A stretch of 64,000 nt of DNA, from contig CAXXKT010000003.1 in the NCBI GenBank assembly GCA_963662405.2, positions 384,001-448,000 on the forward strand. Reading direction: 5' to 3'. The DNA comes from Syntrophales bacterium. GTDB taxonomy: Bacteria > Desulfobacterota > Syntrophia > Syntrophales > UBA2210. Positions 1 through 8,047 of the stretch are shown here, piece by piece; the stretch's first letter is position 1, and every line of letters begins with the position of its first letter. The translations under genes and the position numbers were made by a program. Below the pieces are notes generated by a model that saw nothing but the letters and a program-made list of their open reading frames with translations, was not told where the DNA came from and did not search any database.

Positions 1-76
1 GAAAGCGCTCTTTCTCACGGAGCGGTTCGATATGTCGCAGTTTCGAAAACGTCAACACAGAAAGGAGGTGACAGAA

Positions 77-382
77 GTGGCATTCGATTTTTTCGAAAAG
101 GAGGTGGAACGATTACAGAAGAGATTCAACTATGTCTTCGGGGAACGAACGGTATTCGACATTCGGACCCGACAGCTGTGCATCCTGGCGATCTGCCGGG
201 CAGGACTGTTGTCCCGACAGATCAGCACCAGCAGCGATGCGAAGGAAACCAAAAAGATGACCCGGGAGTTTCGCCGTATCCGGGAAGGCCTTCATCGGTG
301 TTTCGATCGCATGGCCAAGGAGCCGGAGATGGAAACACATGCCCCGCATGCGGATGCCGAACGCGTCATTGCCGGCGCCTGA
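77..382 (+). CDS. hypothetical protein
   Basis: AGGAGG RBS before GTG at 77; ORF co-oriented with the cassette. Confidence 0.55.
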   Translation: MAFDFFEKEVERLQKRFNYVFGERTVFDIRTRQLCILAICRAGLLSRQISTSSDAKETKKMTREFRRIREGLHRCFDRMAKEPEMETHAPHADAERVIAGA

Positions 383-515
383 TCGGGGAATTCGAGACAC
401 GCCGGAACTGTGTACCTGATCAACAGAAACACCCGAAGAAGAAGTGACAAAAAAACATACCAATACCCACATGAGCCTCCCGGTGAGGCTCATGTGCATT
501 ACAGGAGGTGAAAAC

Positions 516-1112
516 ATGCAAGAAGCAGCACATCAACAGAACGAAAGAAGGGAGTTGCGAAAGAGCGGAGTGGATACGGTGCCGGTGGTGAGAAACTTCC
601 GGCAGGTCATCGGGTCCCGGGACATGTCCCTGATGAAGAAGGAGCTCTACCAGTTCCTGCATCTCCACTGCGGCTTTATCGCCCATTACAACATCCACGG
701 GTTTCAGGAGACCTACGCCGCGCCAACAGACTTCGCCGATATCTTTATCCGGCACTTCGATGAAGACCATCGGTACTTCTGCGGCAACTACGCCTGCCAT
801 GAGGAACCCTATCGAGAGAGCGGTTACACGAAGGCGGAGATCAAAGAGGCGTTCTTCCGGATCGTGGCGAGCCATAAGGACGCCATCGAACGATGGGCCC
901 GTGATGAGGAACGGAACCATCGCTTCGCCGCCTTCCAGGTGCTCAGGAAGGAGTTCGAGCATGAGGAGAAGAGCATTCACATAGTCTGCGAGCTCTGCGG
1001 CGAGGAGATGGACCTTCGGATCGAAGGGTGGGACCACAGCAAGGGCGTGCCGGACAACCTGTGCTGTCTCTTCTGCGGGCATCCCATTGAAACAGAGGGT
1101 GAAAGGAGGTGA
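516..1112 (+). CDS. hypothetical protein with C-terminal CxxC..CxxC Zn ribbon
   Basis: AGGAGG RBS; CELCG and CLFCG motifs. Confidence 0.7.
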   Translation: MQEAAHQQNERRELRKSGVDTVPVVRNFRQVIGSRDMSLMKKELYQFLHLHCGFIAHYNIHGFQETYAAPTDFADIFIRHFDEDHRYFCGNYACHEEPYRESGYTKAEIKEAFFRIVASHKDAIERWARDEERNHRFAAFQVLRKEFEHEEKSIHIVCELCGEEMDLRIEGWDHSKGVPDNLCCLFCGHPIETEGERR

Positions 1113-1117
1113 TACAC

Positions 1118-1498
1118 ATGTGGAACATACCGTCACAGGACAGATTGGACAAGATTCCGAGACTCTATGAAACGGAACCGGTCGCCCTTCAGGACAAGAT
1201 GATCCACCTGCATTTTTTCATCGGCGGCTGCGACTGGTACGTCGCCGAATATGACGGAGAGGATCTCTTCTGGGGATTCGCCTGCCTGAACGGCGACCTT
1301 CAGAATGCAGAGTGGGGATACGTCTCTTTCAGGGAACTGCAAGAGATACAGGTCCAGGGCTGGCTTGAAATCGATTGTGAAACGGAGGATTCCTGGAGGA
1401 TCCGTTCCGCCTCGGAAATCGAACTGATCCGCCAAGCCCACGGGTGGCCTCTGCACAAGGACACACGACAATTCGACAATACCATCCGCCCCGCTTGA
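1118..1498 (+). CDS. DUF2958 family protein
   Basis: IPRLYETE..HFFIGGCDWYVAEYD..FWGF..EWGYVSFREL pattern, typical of DUF2958 on mobile elements. Confidence 0.8.
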   Translation: MWNIPSQDRLDKIPRLYETEPVALQDKMIHLHFFIGGCDWYVAEYDGEDLFWGFACLNGDLQNAEWGYVSFRELQEIQVQGWLEIDCETEDSWRIRSASEIELIRQAHGWPLHKDTRQFDNTIRPA

Positions 1499-1631
1499 AG
1501 TTTAGAGGGTGACATACGGGAGGTCTTCGGGAAAGACGATCCGGAGCCGTCGCGGATAGCGGCCATCCCCGGTTCCCTGATTCCCTCACATCATCTCAAC
1601 AATCAGTCACAACAAGAGAAAGGAGTGATCT

Positions 1632-1838
1632 ATGGCCTACACACCTGAGCTCAGCCAAAGGCACAGCGGCGCCTTGCGCAGGATCGCCTGGGCGCTCGAT
1701 CGGCCCATGACGAAGAGTCTTGAGGAGATCTTCGATTGGATAGGACAAACGGCGGATTCCCAAAAGGTCTGCCGGTCCTGCCGCGACAGGACGTTCTGTT
1801 CACAATGCGTCTTTCATCGTGAACGCAATGAAGGATGA
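1632..1838 (+). CDS. small Cys-rich hypothetical protein
   Basis: AGGAG RBS; CRSC..FCSQC. Confidence 0.65.
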   Translation: MAYTPELSQRHSGALRRIAWALDRPMTKSLEEIFDWIGQTADSQKVCRSCRDRTFCSQCVFHRERNEG

Positions 1839-1941
1839 AGGAAGAATGCAAAATTCTATAACGCAGACTTGGCGATGCGATGAATGATTACCCCATCGCC
1901 GGGTCCCAAGACAAACAAAACGGATGAGGAGGTGAACATCC

Positions 1942-2130
1942 ATGACACAGATCGTAATTGAAATAGAAGGCGGACTGGTGCAGGCGGTCTGGTCCACCGA
2001 CAGTGCCCTTAGGGTTTCCGTTCTGGACAGAGACCTGCCCGACCATGAAGAGGATCACCGGTCCTGCCTCGATGAAATCGAGAAGCTGGAGGCACACATC
2101 AAGGAGCTCGATATGGTGGATGTATCGTAG
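1942..2130 (+). CDS. small hypothetical protein
   Basis: GAGGAGG RBS; IVIEIEGGLVQAV motif. Confidence 0.65.
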   Translation: MTQIVIEIEGGLVQAVWSTDSALRVSVLDRDLPDHEEDHRSCLDEIEKLEAHIKELDMVDVS

Positions 2131-2220
2131 AAGCGGACTTTGAAGTCCAATGAAAAAACACAGCGACACCATGTCCCTTTCGTCATGGTGTCGCAAGAAC
2201 ACCTATGGGAGGAACAAAAA

Positions 2221-3861
2221 ATGGAATACATACAGGCATGCGTCAATCAACGGCTGCTGACCAAGGCCGAGCGGCTCTTTACGGGTTCGTTGAACGGCAG
2301 GATCATCGAACTCCTGCAGAACGCAAGGCGGGCAGACGCCACAAAGGTCGAAATCACGAACGAGGGCGGCTGGGTCACCGTTTCGGATAACGGCCGGGGT
2401 GTCGACGACTTCGGGAAACTTCTCGATCTCGGCGGATCCGGCTGGAACGAGGCCTGCGAGGAAAGCGAAGACCCCGCAGGCGTGGGCATATTCTGCCTGG
2501 CGCCCCGTGAAGTGACCATACGATCCCAGGGCAAAAGGGCGGTAATCATGAAAGAAGGCTGGACAGGCACTCAAGTGGAAATATCGGCCGATACGAACCC
2601 AGTGCGAAAAGGAACGATCCTGCGGTTTCAGGACGAACCCTGGGAAATGGGTGAGGTTGAGAAAAACGCAGTCTTCTCCGGCATGGAGGTGGTGGTGGAT
2701 GGAAAGATCTGCTCCACCCTGCCTTTTGTATCCGAAACCGCCCTGCATCATCCCGAATTGGGCTGCCGGATAGAGGTCTGCGAATCCCGGAAACTGAACC
2801 AATTGATCAACTCCTGCCGGCGGGGACAATGGTACAACAGCGGTGGTATCCTCAACTTCCACGGTCAACTCGTCGTGTTCGACTACCGGCCGTTGAGTGA
2901 TCGTGATCTGCACTTCCTGGTGGATCTCACGGGAGAGCCGACCGGTATCCGCCTGATGCTTCCGGCGCGAACGCGACTGGTGGAAAACGAAGCATATAAA
3001 AAGCTCCTGCAGGCGATCGAGCGTGCCGCCTATCGATATGTGCAAGGAAAAGGCGAACACCGGCTGCCCTATAAGGAGTTTCTCCGGGTGAAAGAACTGG
3101 GCATTACCCTCCCTGAGGCAACCCCCACCTTCACCGTGGGACTGCTTTCGAACTCGGACGCGCCGGAACCGGCAGAAGTCGTCATGCCGGAAGAGTTTCC
3201 GCTGGAACGATGTTATCGATTCGATCCGAACGTATCGGGAAACGAAGGGGGTGAAACGAACGCACATCTTCTGGCGGCACTGGGCACATTCAGTGATCCC
3301 TTCGTTCCCGTGGAGATCCGATCGTCATACGATGGGTATGCCTGGGCGAAGCTTCCGGTCATAGAGAAGGTCGAAGTGAAGTCCGGTAAGGAACTGTACA
3401 GCGACTGGCTCTGGGCCGGCAAACTCACCTGTGTGGATGCATTGACCATCGTTGCGCACACCAGCGACGGCAGGATATTTTCCTCGCCGGTCTGCATGGC
3501 CATGGCGCCGCAGCCGCCGGAAGAGGGACCGGGATGGATTGACGATCACATGCTGGTCACTCCTCAGGCGAAGAAGCGTCTCCAGGCTTCCGAGATCTGG
3601 CACCACTTGGGCGGCTGGTATGATGAGGGGGACACATACGATACACAACTTGCCGCCTTCGAAAGGGACCTCGATATCTTCTGGGCATACCTTGTCGGGC
3701 CGGACGAATATCTTTGGCAGACCATCATCGAGCCGCTCTACCACATTACGCCCGAATGGAAGGCGACACACATCTATGCAGACGGTCGAGTCCGGATCGA
3801 ACACGCCGATGGAAGCGAGAAGGTGATGCAACCACCCCCGCAAGAGGCCTCGGCTGCATAG
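2221..3861 (+). CDS. GHKL (HATPase_c/Hsp90-like) ATPase domain protein
   Basis: ELLQNARRA (N box), DNGRG (G1 box), GVGIF (G2 box), GT motif; long unknown C-terminus. Confidence 0.8.
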   Translation: MEYIQACVNQRLLTKAERLFTGSLNGRIIELLQNARRADATKVEITNEGGWVTVSDNGRGVDDFGKLLDLGGSGWNEACEESEDPAGVGIFCLAPREVTIRSQGKRAVIMKEGWTGTQVEISADTNPVRKGTILRFQDEPWEMGEVEKNAVFSGMEVVVDGKICSTLPFVSETALHHPELGCRIEVCESRKLNQLINSCRRGQWYNSGGILNFHGQLVVFDYRPLSDRDLHFLVDLTGEPTGIRLMLPARTRLVENEAYKKLLQAIERAAYRYVQGKGEHRLPYKEFLRVKELGITLPEATPTFTVGLLSNSDAPEPAEVVMPEEFPLERCYRFDPNVSGNEGGETNAHLLAALGTFSDPFVPVEIRSSYDGYAWAKLPVIEKVEVKSGKELYSDWLWAGKLTCVDALTIVAHTSDGRIFSSPVCMAMAPQPPEEGPGWIDDHMLVTPQAKKRLQASEIWHHLGGWYDEGDTYDTQLAAFERDLDIFWAYLVGPDEYLWQTIIEPLYHITPEWKATHIYADGRVRIEHADGSEKVMQPPPQEASAA

Positions 3862-3930
3862 GTTCGGTCGTTCTGTGCATCGTACTCAAACCATCTGACG
3901 GAATCACTGAGAAGACAATAACAACCTGAG

Positions 3931-3965
3931 AAGGCCCTCTGGAAACCATATCCAGAGGGCTTTTG
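3931..3965 (+). terminator. intrinsic terminator-like hairpin
   Basis: GCCCTCTGGA-loop-TCCAGAGGGC followed by T run. Confidence 0.6.
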
Positions 3966-3997
3966 TCATTAAGACCTTTGGAAAGGAGGTAGTTGAA

Positions 3998-4846
3998 ATG
4001 CAAGATCGAGTAAAGCAGGTACTGAACACCATCGTCGAGAAGTTTAAATCCGGGGATATCCCCGAAGCGATCGCCATGGCGACCTACCCGGCGGCCAATG
4101 TGCCCAGCAGCAAGTGGTCCTTTCTGAATCGGACACTCATGTTTCTCTCCGGCACGGGAGACGCCAGGGGATTCAGGCAGTGGCAGGAGGTCAGGCGAAA
4201 GGTGCGGAAAGGGGCCAAGGCCATCTACATCCTGGTTCCATGTTTCAGAAAAGTGACCGATGAAGAAACCGGCGAAGAAGCACTCGTTCTGAGAGGATTC
4301 AAGCCGTCTCCCGTATTCATGGTTGAGGATACGGAAGGGGAGAAACTGGATTACGAACTTCTGAAAGTCCCGGATGTTCCGCTTCTGGATAGGGCCAGGC
4401 AGTGGGGATTGTCGGTAAAAGCCATTTCGGATAACTACCGGTATAACGGATACTACTCCCCTCGGCGAAAGGAGATCGCTCTCGCATCCCCGGAAGAGAA
4501 GGTCTTCTTCCATGAGCTCTCCCACGCAGCCCATGACAGGCTGATGGGCGGAATCAAAAACGGACAGGATCCCTTCCAGGAGATTGTGGCGGAACTCAGC
4601 GCCCAGGCCCTGTGCAGATTGGTGGGAAAAGAGCCCGACCGCTCTCTGGGATACTCATACCGATACATCGAACGGTATGCGGAAGAGATGCACGTGACGC
4701 CTCATACAGCCTGCCTGAAGGTGCTGTCCGACACAGAAAAGGTTCTGAATCTGATACTGAAGGGAGATGACGAACAGATAGAAAACAACGATCTCTCCAT
4801 TGAACCCCCTGTCCATCAGACAGAATCGGTCGTTGCGACAATGTAA
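3998..4846 (+). CDS. ArdC-like antirestriction / ssDNA-binding protein with zincin-like domain
   Basis: WSFLN..RGFRQW..VRKGAKAIYILVP N-terminal domain; HELSH (HExxH) and EIVAEL in C-terminal domain. Confidence 0.8.
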   Translation: MQDRVKQVLNTIVEKFKSGDIPEAIAMATYPAANVPSSKWSFLNRTLMFLSGTGDARGFRQWQEVRRKVRKGAKAIYILVPCFRKVTDEETGEEALVLRGFKPSPVFMVEDTEGEKLDYELLKVPDVPLLDRARQWGLSVKAISDNYRYNGYYSPRRKEIALASPEEKVFFHELSHAAHDRLMGGIKNGQDPFQEIVAELSAQALCRLVGKEPDRSLGYSYRYIERYAEEMHVTPHTACLKVLSDTEKVLNLILKGDDEQIENNDLSIEPPVHQTESVVATM

Positions 4847-4875
4847 TCCGCCGCCCGCCATAAAATACCACTTGT

Positions 4876-4910
4876 GCCCCTCGATGAGAAATCTTCGAGG
4901 GGCTTTTTTT
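4876..4910 (+). terminator. intrinsic terminator
   Basis: GCCCCTCGA-loop-TCGAGGGGC-TTTTTTT. Confidence 0.85.
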
Positions 4911-5354
4911 ACGAGAAAGGAGCGAATCGATCTATAATTCTTGAGGACTGACTTGAAAAGGGCACATACACGATTTCTTAAAAATATGGGAGACTCTCAA
5001 GACTTCAAATACAAAGATGCATGTCGGATTTTTTGATCAGATCAATGAATACGGGTGGAAACACGCAAAGGTGGGATAGCCTATTTTCAATTCCTGTGGA
5101 ATCCAGATGCCTTCCTGAAACAAATAAAACTTGTCTTTGATTGTTTGTTGTAGATTACCTTTGATAATTAACATGAAAATCACAGGCACCAGCAATTTGG
5201 TGTCCTGCGTATTTTGTAGTTCGGCAAAGCTGTTTTTCCCAATTCTGTCAAGAATGAAGACCTGAACCCGCTATTCCCATATAAGAGCTAATAGGAGGCT
5301 TGACCCCTTTTTTATTTACAGACCTCTCGGCCGATGGCAGTTCTGTCGATTTTT

Positions 5355-6164
5355 CTAAGGACAAGTTACCGGCTCGAATGTCATACCATAATTCCCGATG
5401 CAATGATATGTTAGGCCTCCTTCCATTCCTCCATTCAACCTGGAGTTGGCTATATATATATCTCCAGTGCCACCAATCGAACCATCGAAAAGGCTATTAT
5501 GTATAATAGGTGATGAAGGTGAATAACCATAAATCGAGTAACTGGACCCTTTCAGCGTGCAGTTGCGGATGAGTGGCGAGGAATACCAGTTGTAGACGCC
5601 GTATCCGGAAGAGCCTCCCGACGCCGTGGCCGTGACGTTGGTCATGATCGGCGAGGAGGAGTAATTGTAGACGCCGCAGATGGAACTGCCTCCCGAAGCG
5701 TTCACGGCAATATTGTCCAGCACCGGCGAGTCCTCGGAGTTATAGATGCCGACACTATAGAGACCACCGCCCGTATTCTCAACACTCAGTTGCGTCAGTG
5801 CGGCGTTGTCCGCCCCCAAGATGACGGCTGAAGAGGACGAGTCTCCTGTACTGATCGCCCCTCTGAGCAGTGTTGCCTCCCTGCCGCTACCCGTGACGGT
5901 CACATGGGCCTTGAGCTGAATCGGGCTGGTTACGGCGTAAACCCCTGGTCCGATATAGACCAGGTAGGGATTGTCGGCACCGGCATCGTTGATGGAATCG
6001 ATGGCGGCTTTGACATCGGTGTACTGCCCTCCCGATTTGGCAACGGTCACGACGTTCTTCAGCTTCCGTCCTGCGGCTACAACGTAGAAATCCTGAGCCC
6101 AGGCAGAAAGACTTAAGCTCCAAAACATAGCAACGCTGAACAAAGTCCAAAGTGCCCTTTTCAT
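5355..6164 (-). CDS. secreted pectin-lyase-fold (beta-helix) protein
   Basis: Signal peptide; VAKSGGQYT..AAID..YIGPGVY and repeated GIYN/GVYN..SP motifs. Confidence 0.75.
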   Translation of the reverse strand: MKRALWTLFSVAMFWSLSLSAWAQDFYVVAAGRKLKNVVTVAKSGGQYTDVKAAIDSINDAGADNPYLVYIGPGVYAVTSPIQLKAHVTVTGSGREATLLRGAISTGDSSSSAVILGADNAALTQLSVENTGGGLYSVGIYNSEDSPVLDNIAVNASGGSSICGVYNYSSSPIMTNVTATASGGSSGYGVYNWYSSPLIRNCTLKGSSYSIYGYSPSSPIIHNSLFDGSIGGTGDIYIANSRLNGGMEGGLTYHCIGNYGMTFEPVTCP

Positions 6165-6683
6165 ACAGTACCCCCCTTCTTTGTTGGTGTGTGATGTGGT
6201 GAAAATTGAAATTCTCGCATGTATCTACCATTCGCATCCATGTGATCGGGCCATCAGCGAATAGGGTCGTGTCACGCTATCCATCCGATTTTACCGGACA
6301 AACTTCCAAAAAGTTCCGATTTTGGGGAAGGGGGCACGTCCTTAAACATTAAAATAACTATTTTATTATGCAAATATTTGATTATTTAAGGGCGTCCCAT
6401 CTTCCATTTTTTTACAGCCAAAAAAGCAAAATTGGCGACGGCAAATATTAAGATGTTCACAAAAAACAAAAGCCCTATCTCTCATTTCAAGAAACAGAGC
6501 TTTAGATAATCAGACCATAATCCCCCTTGGTTACAACTGTTCGAAAGCACACAATATATGTCAAGATCATTAAGTGTTTTTTATCCACTACCTCTATAAT
6601 GATATCTTGTCAAGGGATATTAAAATGAGACTTTCAAACGCAAATATTCTATTTTTCCCTGAAAATAGTTCGAGTAATTGTAG

Positions 6684-6775
6684 ATACCGTACAGGGATGT
6701 GGGCGGAAAGATCATCGGCATCCTCTCCTTGGCTTTTCCATCGACATCACCCAGCGGAAGCAGGCTGAAGAGGCG
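6684..6775 (+). pseudogene. frameshifted PAC-motif remnant, truncated 5' part of the GGDEF gene
   Basis: IPYRDVGGKIIGIL in one frame continues as GFSIDITQRKQAEEA in the GGDEF frame; a stop lies immediately upstream. Confidence 0.6.
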
Positions 6776-7672
6776 ATGCGGGAGAGCGAATCGCGTATGC
6801 GCGCCATTACCGACTCCGCCCAGGACGCTATCCTCATGATGGATCCTGAAGGTAGGATATCCTATTGGAACCCTGCCGCTGAGCGTATTCTCGGCTACAC
6901 GAGCGCCGAAACCATTGGCAAAAAACTACACGCATTAATTGCGCCCCAGCGTTATCACGAAGCGCACCATGCCGCCTTCCCACTGTTTCAGCAGAAAGGA
7001 CAGGGGGCCGCCGTGGGTAAAACACTCGATCTGGAGGCCATCCGGAAAGGCGGGAAGGAAATCTCGGTACAGCTTTCGCTTTCGGCGATACATATGAAGG
7101 GCGCCTGGCATGCCGTAGGGGTTCTCCGTGACATCACCGAGCAAAAACAGGCGGAAGAGAAGATCCAGCAGATGGCCTACCATGATTTCCTGACGGGCCT
7201 TCCCAACCGGAAGCTATTCTCCGATCGCCTGGGTATTACCTTGACCCAGGCCCACAGGAATAAAAAAGAGGTAGGAATCGCCATGCTCGATCTCGACAAT
7301 TTTAAGGACGTAAACGACACCCTGGGCCATGATGTGGGTGATCTCCTTCTCAAGGCAGCGGCAGAGCGGCTAAGCGTAACGTTGAGGGAGGGTGATACCG
7401 TCGCGCGCTTCGGTGGCGACGAGTTTGTGTTGATCCTTCCTGAACTGAAGGCTCCAGGAGATGCGATCTATGTTGCACAGAAGATTGTTGACAGTTTTCG
7501 TAAGCCCTTCCTTATTGACACCCATCAACTCGTTGTGACAACGAGTATCGGCATCGCCGTCTATCCCGATGATGGAACAGATGAAGATACCCTCATGAGA
7601 AATGCCGATATCGCCATGTATCAGGCAAAGCAAGCGGGGCGGGACCGATACCAACTCTATGAGAAGGCATGA
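6776..7672 (+). CDS. PAS-GGDEF diguanylate cyclase
   Basis: PAS/PAC domain, HDFLTGLPNR, intact GGDEF. Confidence 0.9.
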   Translation: MRESESRMRAITDSAQDAILMMDPEGRISYWNPAAERILGYTSAETIGKKLHALIAPQRYHEAHHAAFPLFQQKGQGAAVGKTLDLEAIRKGGKEISVQLSLSAIHMKGAWHAVGVLRDITEQKQAEEKIQQMAYHDFLTGLPNRKLFSDRLGITLTQAHRNKKEVGIAMLDLDNFKDVNDTLGHDVGDLLLKAAAERLSVTLREGDTVARFGGDEFVLILPELKAPGDAIYVAQKIVDSFRKPFLIDTHQLVVTTSIGIAVYPDDGTDEDTLMRNADIAMYQAKQAGRDRYQLYEKA

Positions 7673-8047
7673 CGATGCAGTACTATTGCAGTAGCTGTTC
7701 AAAGATTTTCAACTCGAATAGTCCTGATTTAACGGGGTTAAAACCGCCCCTACCCCTACGCCATACAGTACAAGGCAGATTAATATTTGATACCTGAGTT
7801 GCTGTGCTGCAAGTTACTTCCCACAATAATCCCGATACTCAGGGATAAAACAGATTTTCACAAAGCATTGGTACTTGAGATATTTATTCTGATTATATAG
7901 TATATACAAAGTATTTTTGCATGACCCAAAGACCATTCTTGCTCAACTGAATAGAACTATCCTGACTGGAGGCTCCCATCGGGCGAGCCTGAAACTCAGC
8001 GACACGCTCACAGACATGATTCAAAAGGATTTTCAAAGGAGCGAGCG

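Noticed and set aside
6240..6680. Riboswitch or ncRNA in AT-rich intergenic DNA
   Set aside because: No recognisable c-di-GMP or other riboswitch consensus by eye; a covariance-model search would be needed
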